A DNA stretch of 64,000 bases from Bacteroidota bacterium (GCA_016193485.1 JACPRZ010000061.1:6855-70854); one strand, 5' to 3'; numbered from the stretch's first letter, positions 20,301 through 31,204 are shown. The notes: generated from the letters alone by a model not told the origin. A program made the numbers and translations.

Positions 20301-21735
20301 CCTGCATGAACCGTCCGGCTGTTTTGAACAGACATCAGCCACCAGTTATCCGAACGCGATGGTGATGGATTACCTGAAGACAACCGATAATAAGGATGAA
20401 AAACTTCTTGCCCATGCCGGGCAGTTGCTTGATAAAGGATACAAACGGCTGACGAGTTTTGAAACATCACAGAAGGGTTATGAATGGTTCGGCCAGGCTC
20501 CCGGGCATGAAGGTCTTACCGCTTACGGTGTCATGCAGTTCAACGACCTGAAAAAGGTTTATGAAGGCGTTGATGACAATATGCTGGACCGTACCACCCG
20601 GTGGCTGCTTGACAACCGGGATGGTAAGGGGGGGTTTAAAAGAAACCAGCGGGCATTACATAACTTCGGGATGATAAGCGATGACATTCTCAACGGGTAC
20701 ATTGTTTACGCTCTTACCGAAGCCGGAACAAAGGGCATTGATAAAGAAGTTGATGCGGCATACGATAAAGCGGTCAGTTCAAAAGATCCTTATCAACTTG
20801 CGATGAACGCAAATGCGCTTTGGAGACACAATGACAAACGGTATGAAAAAGTGATGAGCATGCTTTATGAAAAACAAAAAGATGACGGAAGTTTTGACGG
20901 GCTATCACATTCTATTGTCTATTCAACCGGTAATTCGCTTACGATAGAAACAACTTCGCTTGCCATACTTGCGATGCTGAAATCACCGTCACATGACCGC
21001 AATGCCATAAAAAAAGCAGTTCAGTGTCTGGTAAAAAGCCGTTCTGGTTACGGTTCATTCGGAAACACCCAGGGAACAGTGCTTGCCCTGAAAGCATTGA
21101 CCGAATATGCAAAAGCGAACAAGAAAACCCCTGAGGATGGAATCATTGAAGTGTACATTGATGGAGAAAAAGCAGGCGAGCGCTCCTATAAAGCAGGCGA
21201 AAAAGAGCAGATTGTGATTGAAAACCTTGAAAAGGAACTGAACGAAGGGAAACATAAAATCAGGGTGAGATATTCAGGAACCGAAAATCCGCTGCCTTAC
21301 ACGCTCGTTGTGACGTGGAATACTTCGCTCCCTGAAAGCGATGATAAATGCAAAATAGCGTTGCAGACCAAACTTGCAAAAAGGGAAGCGCTGCAGGGCG
21401 AAACCGTACGGATGAATATCACGTTGAAAAATAAAACATCCGAAGGATTGCCATCACCCATTGCAATCGTTGGAATACCTGCCGGGATGACCGTTCAGCC
21501 ATGGCAGTTGAAAGAATTGCAGGAGAAAAAGGTATTTGACTACTATGAAGTAACCGGCAACAATGTAGTGTTTTATTACCGCGCCTTTGCTCCATCAGAT
21601 ATAAAAGAGATCAACCTTGACCTTAAAGCCGACATCCCGGGTGAATATGAAGCGGCAGCATCCTCTGCATACCTCTATTACACGAATGAGAATAAGAGTT
21701 GGGACGGGGGGGAGAAAGTGAAGATATTAAATTAA
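17356..21735 (+). CDS. Alpha-2-macroglobulin/thioester-containing protein family (MG domains, bait region, thioester domain, receptor-binding domain)
   Basis: LHFDKPFYEPGETIWF, YWNP...DDITSFRVTAEG, GCFEQTS at 20317-20337 and GEYEAAASSAYLYY. Confidence 0.9.
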   Translation: MNTKNLITVPVAGLALVGSLSWVNPTEEIVTYTNEVIREIKTKFDAFFDRVPEDRVYLHFDKPFYEPGETIWFAAYLRDGKTLKPSSQSDIVHVEFINPKGSAERHIKLIAHNGKAAGDFTLDPEIAGGLYKIKAYTQWQKNEGENNCFEKEIQVQDFVLPNLKMKLDFERKAFGAGDEVIAKLEVQTNENNPLPAHKIRIAANLKGEKFYEGDQITDAAGMRFIRFKLPEKLETADGLLNVMIDYMGQTESVSRSIPIILNKIKFQILPEGGDLVAGIESRVAFRAVNEFGKPADVEGIVISSTGKQVAKFSSIHQGMGDFSLSPQENEKYVVRITKPEGIKDAFELPEALPRGFTMHIDNSNNEELYIQISSTETENLSIAAQLRGKIYHSASIMAKPGLNHLSVPKNIFPAGVAQFTLFDGKGIPRAERLVFVNQNKQLQVSVETDKEKYLPREKVNLTLSVKDERGIPMPANFSLAVVNDQLLSFADDKSGNILTKLLLENDLKEKVEEPLFYFKKDEPKAVRALDLLLMTSGWRRYTWKEILEDEMPQMAYEGEKAIIAGFIRDAYTGKAVPDASIITGNNKFLFKTDSTGNFSIANIDLFQPLNLLISASGYNRQNYPVYDYNRNLTFYLYNNRYYNQWWDMPASQAMGGGEAGVLEEDRVIARNVRGGALKPAAARIPVNRMMAFDKSAKAEPVGDLQRIENEENKNDEVKKRKVSQSLRVNDRRGLMIQGKTVAEKEQQGNVVAYYCAKEFVSPVYDKVETPEMRTDFRSTIYWNPSVDIDRSGKKTIEFYNSDDITSFRVTAEGIAADGMVGQSQKTFFTQLPFSMTVKAPVEAVTDDIVAIPLTLKNNTDRPVSGLLKVKVPSELLALETTPELQVLGAGKAKTIFLKYRVNHTVANGSIEVVFTACGLSDAFSSPLKIVPRGFPVSVSFSGQEKEAEYEIHIRNLVKGSLIAKFTAFPSVVSDLISGVESILHEPSGCFEQTSATSYPNAMVMDYLKTTDNKDEKLLAHAGQLLDKGYKRLTSFETSQKGYEWFGQAPGHEGLTAYGVMQFNDLKKVYEGVDDNMLDRTTRWLLDNRDGKGGFKRNQRALHNFGMISDDILNGYIVYALTEAGTKGIDKEVDAAYDKAVSSKDPYQLAMNANALWRHNDKRYEKVMSMLYEKQKDDGSFDGLSHSIVYSTGNSLTIETTSLAILAMLKSPSHDRNAIKKAVQCLVKSRSGYGSFGNTQGTVLALKALTEYAKANKKTPEDGIIEVYIDGEKAGERSYKAGEKEQIVIENLEKELNEGKHKIRVRYSGTENPLPYTLVVTWNTSLPESDDKCKIALQTKLAKREALQGETVRMNITLKNKTSEGLPSPIAIVGIPAGMTVQPWQLKELQEKKVFDYYEVTGNNVVFYYRAFAPSDIKEINLDLKADIPGEYEAAASSAYLYYTNENKSWDGGEKVKILN

Positions 21736-21749
21736 AAATTTAATTATTA

Positions 21750-22199
21750 ATGAATCCCTTTCAGCAACTACTTATGAAAAGTCCCAAGTCCCAAATTCCA
21801 ATCTCCAAGTCCCAAGAAATCAAAAACGGTTATTCCCTTGGAACTTGGAGATTGGGGCTTGGGCTCCTGGGTCTTGTGATTTGTGGCTTTGGATTTGGAT
21901 TTTTGGGTTTGATCCCCGGTCCCCTGTCCGCACAGCCACTCCCGCTTGAGCAAAACACGGTAACGGTACAGGGGCGCCAACCCTGTGATGGATGCGAAGA
22001 AGTGAAGCGGGCGATAAAAAAGCACAAGAATGAAATGCAAAACAGGCAATCCAGGACAGGTTTATTAGTGAAAATCGGAAAGAAGTGGATCAGAAGGGGG
22101 GGAATGATGAGAACTTTAATGAAAAAAAATAATCATAACAGGAACTCACTATATAAAAAAAGGGACATATATCTTGCATGTGAAAATGGATTCAGTTGA
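21750..22199 (+). CDS. Hypothetical protein whose N-terminus overlaps an inverted heptamer array
   Basis: 149-aa ORF. The first ~55 codons are repeat-derived and the basic C-terminal part is unique. Start uncertain. Confidence 0.4.
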   Translation: MNPFQQLLMKSPKSQIPISKSQEIKNGYSLGTWRLGLGLLGLVICGFGFGFLGLIPGPLSAQPLPLEQNTVTVQGRQPCDGCEEVKRAIKKHKNEMQNRQSRTGLLVKIGKKWIRRGGMMRTLMKKNNHNRNSLYKKRDIYLACENGFS

Positions 22200-22539
22200 T
22201 AGTACCATCCCCTTTTCCTCCCCCGATTACATACGTGTCATATTTAGCAGTTTGCATCTTTATTTCCTTGCCGAAAATTTTACTGAGAAGTCCGTTCATT
22301 AAGGTCAACACCTGCTCCAACTGCTCTTTGCTTTCAACATCCCCCCTGTAAACACTATCTTTCACACCATTGTCGCGCTGTACAAAGTGCGCCCATTCAT
22401 ACCGGTTATCCTTGCGCTTTTTTGCAAGCATTTTATATACACCGGTTCCGGCAATATGGGGTGATACCCACATGCCCGCAATCTCTTCGCCATCATCAAC
22501 ATTCATGATGGCGGCTACGCGGTTTTTGTCGGGATTCAT
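22192..22539 (-). CDS. Hypothetical protein
   Basis: ATG at 22539 (MNPDKNR...), with a TATCTTTG promoter at about 22589-22596. Confidence 0.6.
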   Translation of the reverse strand: MNPDKNRVAAIMNVDDGEEIAGMWVSPHIAGTGVYKMLAKKRKDNRYEWAHFVQRDNGVKDSVYRGDVESKEQLEQVLTLMNGLLSKIFGKEIKMQTAKYDTYVIGGGKGDGTIN

Positions 22540-22633
22540 TGGAAAGGAAGTTGTTATGTTATGGATTCTTGAGTTGTTGTTTGGAACGCACAAAGATAAA
22601 TAATGTTCTGTCTGCTTTTCCTACTTTTGCCCC

Positions 22634-24133
22634 ATGTCCCTGAAATCTCTTCTGAGTAAGCCCTTTGCATGGTATGCTGTACGGCAGATGAAAAAATGGA
22701 TGGCGGATCCATTGGGGACACAAATGGATACCTTTCACTACCTGCTGAAAAGCGCTGCCGGCACTTTTTTCGGGAGAGAACACCGTTTTAAGACCTTACA
22801 AACCCACAGCGATTTTATATCTTCCGTACCTGTACGTGATTACGAGGGTTTTATCAATTACATTGAAAAAATCACTCACGGAGAAAAAGATGTTCTTTGG
22901 CCCGGTCTGCCTCTTTACTTTGCAAAAACATCCGGTACAACATCCGGTGTAAAATATATTCCCCTTACAAAAGAATCAATGCCCTTTCATATTCAGGCGG
23001 CAAGGAATGCCCTGCTTTGCTACATTTATGAAACCGGAAACACATCATTTGTAGATGGTAAAATGATTTTTTTACAGGGAACCCCGGTGATGGATAAAAA
23101 AGGGGTGATACCTGCCGGGCGCCTGTCGGGTATTGTGGCGCATTACGTACCACGCTACCTTCAACGCAACCGGATGCCATCATGGAATATCAATTGCATT
23201 GAGGACTGGGAAACAAAAGTTAATGCCATTGCAGATGAAACCCTGAAAGAAGATATGCGGCTCATCAGCGGTATTCCGTCATGGGTGCTGATGTATTTTG
23301 ATATTTTACTGGCAAAAACCGGGAAGAAAACAATTGCGGAAATTTTTCCTCAGTTTTCCCTTTTTGTGCACGGGGGGGTGAATTATGAACCGTACCGGGT
23401 GAAATTTGAAAAAACCATCAGCAGAAAAATTGACTCGGTTGAGACATATCCGGCTTCGGAGGGATTTATTGCATTCCAGGATTCCCAAAAAGAAGAAGGG
23501 CTGCTGCTGCAACTGAACTCTGGCATGTTTTATGAATTCATCCCGGCAGATGAATTTTTTTCTGAAAATCCCAAAAGGATCTGGCTGAAAGATGTTGAGT
23601 TGGGTGTGAATTATGCGCTGGTGATGAATACTAATGCCGGGCTGTGGGGTTATTCAATTGGCGACACGGTAAAATTCGTTTCCAAAAATCCGTACCGGAT
23701 CCAGGTTACCGGCCGCCTTACCCATTATACATCGGCTTTTGGTGAACATGTGATTGCAGGTGAGGTAGAATCCGCGCTTCGGGAGGCATGTGCAGCAGAG
23801 AATGTGCGGGTGACTGAATTTCATGTTGCACCTCAGATTTCACCGTCAGGGGGGGGATTACCCTATCACGAATGGTTTATAGAATTTGATAAAAAACCGA
23901 ATGATCCGGAACGGTTTGCCCTGAAAATTGATTCGGCTTTACAGGAGAAGAATCTTTATTACAGCGATCTTATAAAGGGAAGGGTGCTTCAGCGCCTTAA
24001 GATCACCTCTGTCCGGAAAAACGGCTTTATTGACTATATGAAAAGTATCGGAAAACTCGGTGGACAGAATAAGGCACAGCGACTGGCTAATGACAGGGCG
24101 GTTGCAGATATACTTGCTTTGTTTTTTGAATAA
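22634..24133 (+). CDS. GH3 auxin-responsive promoter family (acyl-adenylate ligase)
   Basis: FAKTSGTTSGVKYIP, ETYPASEGF and LWGYSIGDTVKF. TACTTTTG promoter at 22622-22629. Confidence 0.93.
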   Translation: MSLKSLLSKPFAWYAVRQMKKWMADPLGTQMDTFHYLLKSAAGTFFGREHRFKTLQTHSDFISSVPVRDYEGFINYIEKITHGEKDVLWPGLPLYFAKTSGTTSGVKYIPLTKESMPFHIQAARNALLCYIYETGNTSFVDGKMIFLQGTPVMDKKGVIPAGRLSGIVAHYVPRYLQRNRMPSWNINCIEDWETKVNAIADETLKEDMRLISGIPSWVLMYFDILLAKTGKKTIAEIFPQFSLFVHGGVNYEPYRVKFEKTISRKIDSVETYPASEGFIAFQDSQKEEGLLLQLNSGMFYEFIPADEFFSENPKRIWLKDVELGVNYALVMNTNAGLWGYSIGDTVKFVSKNPYRIQVTGRLTHYTSAFGEHVIAGEVESALREACAAENVRVTEFHVAPQISPSGGGLPYHEWFIEFDKKPNDPERFALKIDSALQEKNLYYSDLIKGRVLQRLKITSVRKNGFIDYMKSIGKLGGQNKAQRLANDRAVADILALFFE

Positions 24134-24220
24134 ATCAACAAATTTTCCGGTCAGATTTTCATCACCCTCTTTTTCGTACATTCGTCCTCCGCCTGATCTT
24201 TGTCTAAATAATATTTTTAT

Positions 24221-24736
24221 ATGAATCCGAAACCTGCCCGCGAATCATTCACCACTACAACCATTGAAGTATTACCCAATGATACCAATACGCTGAATAC
24301 TTTATTCGGAGGGCGGCTGATTGAGTGGATGGATATTACTGCCGGTATTTCAGCCCAGCGGCACACCGGATTGGTTGTAGTGACTGCCGCAATAAATCAT
24401 GTTTCGTTTGATATCCCCATCCGCCTTGCCGACATTGTCACCATTGAGGCGATGGTCACGCGCACCTTCAGAACTTCGGTTGAAACACACGTTGAAGCAT
24501 GGGTGGAAAATCGCAAAACAGGCGAGCGGAAGAGGTGCAATGAAGCATACTTTACCTTTGTTGCGGTGGATGACAGCGGAAGGCCGTTGGAAATTTTACC
24601 GGTGGTCGCTGAAACACAGGTTGAGAAAAAACGGTATGACGGTGCCCTGCGCAGGAGGCAATTATCGCTTATTCTTGCAGGACGCATGAAACCGGAAGAT
24701 GCTGCCGAACTGAAGGCGCTGTTTGAGAAGGATTAG
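24221..24736 (+). CDS. Acyl-CoA thioesterase (hotdog fold)
   Basis: LPNDTNTLNTLFGGRLIEWMD and TFRTSVE. Confidence 0.92.
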   Translation: MNPKPARESFTTTTIEVLPNDTNTLNTLFGGRLIEWMDITAGISAQRHTGLVVVTAAINHVSFDIPIRLADIVTIEAMVTRTFRTSVETHVEAWVENRKTGERKRCNEAYFTFVAVDDSGRPLEILPVVAETQVEKKRYDGALRRRQLSLILAGRMKPEDAAELKALFEKD

Positions 24737-24778
24737 TGCCTCTGATCAATAATATTTTAACCAATTTTGGCAAAAGTA

Positions 24779-24939
24779 ATAAATCCGAATAACAAAATCC
24801 AAAATTCGAAAGAATATCTAATAACAAAAATTAAAAAACAAATGCAAATACAAACTGCCGCTATCTGTCAGATGTTTGTTTTTTTGAATTTTGACATTTC
24901 TATTTCGAATTTGTTTCGGGATTCGGATTTCGGATTTAT
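24779..24939. repeat. ~160-bp inverted AAATCCG-array element, copy 1 (copy 2 inverted at 62871..63047)
   Basis: The reverse complement shares blocks with copy 2: taaatccgaaatccgaa, aaatgtc(c)aaaattcaaaa, tttgtatttgcatttg and gttattagatatt. Confidence 0.8.
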
Positions 24940-25031
24940 GTTTTTCATGTTTGGTTGTGGCTTGTCCACGTTGGGATTATGATTCTTAATTTATAATGCT
25001 TTCGTGGAAAAGTTCATTAATGATACTCTGA

Positions 25032-27821
25032 ATGGACATTACATTTGAAGACGCTTTTCTGAAAGTGAAAGTTCTGGTTGCCGGTTTTCAGGCAAACGAA
25101 TCCTATTTTCTTTCGGCCGGATATGATGAATCAACCACCAGGCAGCGTTTTATTGATCCGTTTTGGACCGCGATGGGCTGGAATTTAATGGAGCGGGACC
25201 CCTATAAACAGAAAGTCAGAATAGAAGATACAGTTACAGAAGGGAAAAAACAAAAACGGGCCGACTACGCCTTCTATATTTCACCTGATTACAGAACCCC
25301 CCGTTTTATTACGGAAGCAAAAAAACCATCCAAAAACCTTTACAACCCGGAAGATTATTTTCAAACCGTGCGCTACGGATTTTTTTCCGGTATCCCAGTT
25401 GCCGTTCTCTTTGACTTTGAGGAGTTGCACATTCTTGATTGCAGGGGAGAAAATAAACCGGTAAAAAAAGATGTTCTCAAAAGAAAATTAGAATCGTATC
25501 ATTACACTGATTTTGCGGATGCTGAAAAGTTTAAGAAAATTTTTAATCTTTTTTCAAGGGGAGCGGTCGCCAATGGTTCTATTGAGAATTACATCAGGCA
25601 GTATAAGCGGCCGTACAAACGGGTGGATGAAATCCTCCTTGATGAGTTGGATGGAATTCGCGATAAACTTGCCCGTTCGTTGAAAAAACGAAATCCCGCA
25701 TTAGAGAGTGAACCGCTCACAGAGGCCGTTCAGCGTATTATCAACCGCCTCGTCTTATTCCGTTTCCTGGAGGACAAACTCATCGAACAGGAGTATTACG
25801 TGGGAACATTTTCAAAATCAGGGACTGCATGGATAGATTTTATTACCGAATGTTCCCGCATGGATGCAAAGTACAATGGAATTATTTTCAGAAAACATTT
25901 TATTGACGAACCGGGTTTCAAATCGCCTGAACCGGATATATTTTGTGAAGTTTGCTCTCAACTCTCTCACCTCAACCAGGAGGGATATGACTTTGATTTG
26001 ATTCCGATTCCGATTCTCGGTTCCATTTACGAGCGCTTTCTTGGAAAAGTTGTGCATGCTACTGAAAAACGGGTTAAAGTTGAAGAAAAAGGGGAAGTGA
26101 GAAAAGCGGAAGGCGTATATTATACGCCACAATATATTGTCAATTATATTGTGGAAAATACAATCGGTTCCCTTATCCGGGGAAAAACACCAAAAGAAAT
26201 TTCTTCTTTTCGTTTTGCCGATATTGCCTGCGGGAGCGGATCATTTTTGATAGGAATATATGATTATTTGCTGGAATATCATAAGCAGTGGTACACAAGT
26301 CATCAGGATGATGCAGGACAAATCGGGTGTACAATTACCGGAGATAAAATTTTCCTTCCGCTCCAACTGAGAAAAAATATTCTTATCAACAATATTTTCG
26401 GGGTGGATATTGACAATCAGGCGGTGGAAGTGACCCAACTGTCGCTCTACCTGAAACTGCTTGAAGAAAACGGAATGTACATGCAGCAGTTATTGTTCAA
26501 GGAAAAAATTCTGCCCGATTTAAGTAAAAACATTGTTTGTGGAAATTCTCTTGTTGAAAGGGATATCAACGGGAATTTATTCGGTGAAACGGATGAAATT
26601 AAAATCAATCCGATGAATATGAAATCGGTATTCCCGGAGGGATTTGATGCTATTATCGGCAATCCGCCATGGGGACAAAAAGCGGTTGAATTCAATGATG
26701 AGGTTAAAATTTATTTTAAACAAAAATATCCTGCTGCCGCTGATGGAATTCTTGATCTATTCAGATTATTTGTTGAGAGAGCAATTTCGTTATTGAAAAA
26801 CAACGGATATTTTGGACAGGTTTTACCTGACATTGTTTTACTGAAAAATTACAAATCTACCAGGAGATATATTCTTGATAAAATAAACATCAGTAACATT
26901 GATCATTGGGGAATGGTATTTGAAGGAGTAAACCTGGAATGTTGCACTATCATTGGAAAAGCGGGAAACATAAACCCTGCAAAGATTGTTACTGCTGCTG
27001 TTCATGAGGATAAAAATATAATTGTAAATCATATTCCACAAAGCGCATTCTTAAACCTTGAAGGATTTAAGTTTAATCTGTATATTAATCCTGGCATTCA
27101 ACTTGTTCTTGAGCAATTACAAAAACATAAAAAATTATCCAATTTCGTCAGTCCGCATGAAGGCATACATTCCGGGAACATAAGGCATAAATTATTTATA
27201 GATAAAAAGAAAAATAAAAATTGTAAAAAACTGATCTTCGGAAGGGATGAAGTGAAACGCTACTATTTGATTTGGCAGGGTAAATGGGTTAATTATGCAT
27301 TAGATACGATTGACAGACGGAAAAAAGAATATGCAGGACTGGGAAAAAAAGAGTTTTATGAAATTCCAAAACTCGTGGTTCGCAGAACCGGTGATTATGT
27401 TTTAGCAAATGTCGATTATGAAAAATATTATTTTAGCAACAATGTGTTTGTTTGTCCTCAAAAGGAATCTAATAATCTTAATCTGAAATATATTCTTGGC
27501 ATTTTAAATTCTAAATTGATAACCTGGTATTATAGAACCGTTCAGCCGCGAAAAGGAAAATTGTTTTCTGAATTAAAAATAAATGTTCTTGGTAATATTC
27601 CAATTCGTGATATTAATTTTGCCAATCCATCCGAAAAATCACTTCACGATAAAATCGTAAAACTTGTTGATGAAATGCTTTCGGCAAAAAAACAATTCAT
27701 TAACGCAAAGACGGATAAAGATAAACTTTATTACGAACGAAAATGCAACGAAACAGACAATGAAATTGATTCGCTTGTTTTTCTAATATATGATGTAAAT
27801 CCTAAAGACCTTAACATCTAA
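25032..27821 (+). CDS. Type IIG/Eco57I-like fused restriction-modification enzyme (nuclease, N6-adenine MTase, TaqI_C-like TRD)
   Basis: RADY...EAKKP nuclease motif, [19 protein letters not shown] and GNPPW. The 3' third is AT-rich. Confidence 0.88.
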   Translation: MDITFEDAFLKVKVLVAGFQANESYFLSAGYDESTTRQRFIDPFWTAMGWNLMERDPYKQKVRIEDTVTEGKKQKRADYAFYISPDYRTPRFITEAKKPSKNLYNPEDYFQTVRYGFFSGIPVAVLFDFEELHILDCRGENKPVKKDVLKRKLESYHYTDFADAEKFKKIFNLFSRGAVANGSIENYIRQYKRPYKRVDEILLDELDGIRDKLARSLKKRNPALESEPLTEAVQRIINRLVLFRFLEDKLIEQEYYVGTFSKSGTAWIDFITECSRMDAKYNGIIFRKHFIDEPGFKSPEPDIFCEVCSQLSHLNQEGYDFDLIPIPILGSIYERFLGKVVHATEKRVKVEEKGEVRKAEGVYYTPQYIVNYIVENTIGSLIRGKTPKEISSFRFADIACGSGSFLIGIYDYLLEYHKQWYTSHQDDAGQIGCTITGDKIFLPLQLRKNILINNIFGVDIDNQAVEVTQLSLYLKLLEENGMYMQQLLFKEKILPDLSKNIVCGNSLVERDINGNLFGETDEIKINPMNMKSVFPEGFDAIIGNPPWGQKAVEFNDEVKIYFKQKYPAAADGILDLFRLFVERAISLLKNNGYFGQVLPDIVLLKNYKSTRRYILDKINISNIDHWGMVFEGVNLECCTIIGKAGNINPAKIVTAAVHEDKNIIVNHIPQSAFLNLEGFKFNLYINPGIQLVLEQLQKHKKLSNFVSPHEGIHSGNIRHKLFIDKKKNKNCKKLIFGRDEVKRYYLIWQGKWVNYALDTIDRRKKEYAGLGKKEFYEIPKLVVRRTGDYVLANVDYEKYYFSNNVFVCPQKESNNLNLKYILGILNSKLITWYYRTVQPRKGKLFSELKINVLGNIPIRDINFANPSEKSLHDKIVKLVDEMLSAKKQFINAKTDKDKLYYERKCNETDNEIDSLVFLIYDVNPKDLNI

Positions 27822-27831
27822 TAATTTTATC

Positions 27832-28713
27832 ATGAGCATACTTGTCAATAAAAACTCCCGCGTCATCGTGCAGGGCTTTACGGGAAATGAAGGCACTTTT
27901 CATGCCGGACAGATGATTGAATATGGAACCAATATAGTGGGGGGGGTAACTCCCGGTAAGGGAGGAACCATGCATCTTGATAAACCGGTATTCAATACGG
28001 TCTCCGGAGCAGTGGGGGAAACAGGGGCAAACGTTTCCGTGATTTTTGTTCCACCGCCTTTCTGCCCAGATGCCATTATTGAAGCGGCTGATGCGGGAAT
28101 AAAAGTAATTGTTTGTATTACCGAGGGTATCCCGGTACGGGATATGATCAAAGTAAAAGCATATCTCAGTGCAAAGGATTGCCGCATGGTGGGACCTAAC
28201 TGCCCCGGAGTAATAACACCCGGTGAAGCCAAAGTGGGCATCATGCCAGGATTCATACATAAACCGGGTACTGTAGGAATAGTGTCGCGGTCCGGTACTC
28301 TGACTTACGAAGCGGTTGACCAGGTTACCAAAGCCGGACTTGGACAGTCAACCTGCGTTGGAATAGGGGGAGACCCCATTCTCGGTTCTTCAATGCTCGA
28401 CATTATAAAATTATTCATGGAAGATGGAGGCACCGAGGGAATTGTCATGATCGGAGAAATCGGGGGCAGTATGGAAACCGTAGCAGCCGAATGGATAAAG
28501 GCAAGCGGTACCAAACCCGTTGTGGGGTTCATAGCCGGCCGCACCGCTCCCCCGGGACGTAGAATGGGGCATGCCGGGGCGATCATAGGAGGCAAAACGG
28601 ACACTGCTGCCGCTAAAATGCAGATTCTCAAAGAATGCGGTGTGCATGTCGTTGAATCACCGGCACTGCTTGGAAAAACAATTGCCGGTGTTTTAAGGAA
28701 AGTCACTGCATAA
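27832..28713 (+). CDS. sucD: Succinyl-CoA synthetase alpha subunit
   Basis: [21 protein letters not shown] and RMGHAGA. Confidence 0.97.
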   Translation: MSILVNKNSRVIVQGFTGNEGTFHAGQMIEYGTNIVGGVTPGKGGTMHLDKPVFNTVSGAVGETGANVSVIFVPPPFCPDAIIEAADAGIKVIVCITEGIPVRDMIKVKAYLSAKDCRMVGPNCPGVITPGEAKVGIMPGFIHKPGTVGIVSRSGTLTYEAVDQVTKAGLGQSTCVGIGGDPILGSSMLDIIKLFMEDGGTEGIVMIGEIGGSMETVAAEWIKASGTKPVVGFIAGRTAPPGRRMGHAGAIIGGKTDTAAAKMQILKECGVHVVESPALLGKTIAGVLRKVTA

Positions 28714-28765
28714 ATTGCCGGCAAGTGCATTTCCGGATACAAAACATGAATACTTACACTCAGAT

Positions 28766-31204
28766 ATGCCCATAAAGACAATTCCTTTTTTTATTTCTTC
28801 TATCATTTTTGCTTTCGCCTCAGCACAGCCCCAGGTTGAATGGGAATATTCATTCGGGAAAAGCGGTTACGACAAGGTGTATTCGGTTGTTTCAAATTCC
28901 ATGAGTGAATACCTGATTGCCGGTTCCACATGGAATAAACCGGGTGAAAATTATGACGGGCTTCTGATTAAACTTGATTTTAACGGAAATAAGATATGGG
29001 AAAAGGTCTATGGCGCTGCCGGAACTGAAATCATTACTTCAGTAACTGCACTACCTGCGGGGGGGTATCTTGCAGCCGGTTATACGAGTTCAAAAGGAGC
29101 AGGATCGGATGATTTCTGGATAATAAAAGTATCTGAATCGGGAATGATGGAATGGGAGCGGGTTTACGGAAAACAATTTGAAGATAAGGCAAGGGATATC
29201 TATCTGACGAAAAAAGGAGAAATCCTTGTAACCGGTCAACAGATGACCCAATCATCGAGCACTATCGGAATGTGGGTAATGAAATTAGACAGTGCGGGCG
29301 AAATGATCTGGGAAAAATGTTTTAACCGCCATTTCAGGTGCTATGGCGAATCGGTCAGGGAAGTCAATGATATGTACATCATAACCGGGTATTTTGAACC
29401 ATGGAGCAGCAAGGATGATGAAAAATACAGTGACGATAAAGCAATTGTCTTAGCGCTTGACAAAAACGGAGACATTGTCTGGGAGAAAATATTTGGCGGT
29501 GAAAAGGAGGACAGGGCATCATCTGCCGTAATAACAGGAAATAATGAAATTGCAGTTGCCGGTTACACAAGTTCTAAGGGTAAGGGGTATAAAGATGTAT
29601 GGTTGATGAAATTGAATTCAAAAGGTGAAATGATATGGGAACAAACATGGGGAGATATCTCTGATGACGAAGCCAACTGCATTGCTGAGACGGATGGCGG
29701 GTTAACGATATGCGGCAGCACATCATCCCGCGAATCGAACAGTTCCGATTTGGTTCTTCTGAGGTACAGTAAAAACGGAACGTTGTTATGGTCGAAAGTC
29801 CAGCCGACCGATCTGAATGAAGATCCCTCCGGCATTCTCAGCACCGCTGATGGCGGTTTGCTCGTTGCTGCCGTACAATGCACCCATTATTTATATGATT
29901 CAAGACCCGTGAAATGCAAAATGTATGTTGCGAAATTTCCCGGTACCCCTTCTAAAAGCATCGCCCGTTATATTGATCTGAAAGTTAAAAACTGGGAGAA
30001 AAAAGGTGAATTTGAAAAAACCGATACATATCAAAAAAGAGTAAACACAGAGAACAGGAATAAAATAATTGAAAAACACAGGCGTGAAGCCATCGCTTTG
30101 TATGCCAGTTATACCGTTAATCTGAAAGGTGCGGTCCTGGGCAATTACAATGCCGATAACGAGGAATTTACCATCACCGTTGAAGGTATTGGCACTATAC
30201 CCGTAAGTGTTTCAATTGATAACGCACAGACATTCAGGGATGATTTTCAGAATGTTCAGTTTGAAAATACGGAGTTTGCAGTGTCGGATGAAAAATTCAT
30301 CCTTAAAAAAGCGTTCCTCATTGCCGGGGGCGATGAATACACATTTAATACCTCGCAGGCGCAGGGCAAATTTGTTAAAACGGGTGAAAGAAAAGCAGCC
30401 GAACCCGACCCGCTCTTCCGCGGCAGCGGTGATCCGCTCAAAGGACTGAGCGTACCCAAAAGTTCAACTATACCCGAAACGGGAAAATACTTTGCATTGA
30501 TTATCGGTATTGATAACTACAAGGGACAATGGTCTCCGCTGAATAATGCGGTGCGCGATGCGCAGGCGCTTGAACTCCTGTTAAAAAGCAAATACCGCTT
30601 TGACCAGATCAAAACCTTCTATGACGAGCAAGCAACGCGGGAAAATATCATAACCGCCATGATGTTTCTTGCGGAAAATGTGACAGAAACCGATAATGTT
30701 TTACTTTTCTATTCCGGCCATGGCGAATTCAATAAGACACTCGATAAAGGATACTGGGTTCCTGCCGATGCACAGACATCTTCGGTTGCCGCGTTTATTT
30801 CCAATGCCGATATCCAGACCTTTCTCAACGGCATAAATTCAAAACATACATTACTGATTTCTGACGCCTGCTTCAGCGGTGATATTTTCAGGGGAGGAAC
30901 CTATAAGGTGGATATGGAGACGCCCGAAAAATATTTTGCCGGCACGTATAATCTTAAATCACGACAGGCGCTCACATCGGGGGGGGTAGAACCGGTGATG
31001 GATGGTGGTAAGGATGGCCATTCGGTTTTTGCATATTACTTCCTGAACACCCTTCAAAGCAATGAAAACCTCTACCTGGATGCAAGCCGCCTTTTTGATA
31101 AAATAAAAATTCCGGTTACCAATAATTCAGAACAGACCCCGATACTGCAATCCATTAAGAATACCGGTGACGAGGGAGGGCAGTTTATTTTTATAAGGAA
31201 GTAG
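28766..31204 (+). CDS. Secreted beta-propeller-repeat protein with C-terminal caspase-like (C14) domain
   Basis: Signal peptide from the ATG at 28766, repeated D.W..K.D..G...WE..(Y/F)G blades, and a FYSGHG / SDACFSG dyad. Confidence 0.85.
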   Translation: MPIKTIPFFISSIIFAFASAQPQVEWEYSFGKSGYDKVYSVVSNSMSEYLIAGSTWNKPGENYDGLLIKLDFNGNKIWEKVYGAAGTEIITSVTALPAGGYLAAGYTSSKGAGSDDFWIIKVSESGMMEWERVYGKQFEDKARDIYLTKKGEILVTGQQMTQSSSTIGMWVMKLDSAGEMIWEKCFNRHFRCYGESVREVNDMYIITGYFEPWSSKDDEKYSDDKAIVLALDKNGDIVWEKIFGGEKEDRASSAVITGNNEIAVAGYTSSKGKGYKDVWLMKLNSKGEMIWEQTWGDISDDEANCIAETDGGLTICGSTSSRESNSSDLVLLRYSKNGTLLWSKVQPTDLNEDPSGILSTADGGLLVAAVQCTHYLYDSRPVKCKMYVAKFPGTPSKSIARYIDLKVKNWEKKGEFEKTDTYQKRVNTENRNKIIEKHRREAIALYASYTVNLKGAVLGNYNADNEEFTITVEGIGTIPVSVSIDNAQTFRDDFQNVQFENTEFAVSDEKFILKKAFLIAGGDEYTFNTSQAQGKFVKTGERKAAEPDPLFRGSGDPLKGLSVPKSSTIPETGKYFALIIGIDNYKGQWSPLNNAVRDAQALELLLKSKYRFDQIKTFYDEQATRENIITAMMFLAENVTETDNVLLFYSGHGEFNKTLDKGYWVPADAQTSSVAAFISNADIQTFLNGINSKHTLLISDACFSGDIFRGGTYKVDMETPEKYFAGTYNLKSRQALTSGGVEPVMDGGKDGHSVFAYYFLNTLQSNENLYLDASRLFDKIKIPVTNNSEQTPILQSIKNTGDEGGQFIFIRK

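Noticed and set aside
24767-24982. 71-aa ORF
   Set aside because: It is a translation of the AAATCCG repeat element with no independent coding signal.
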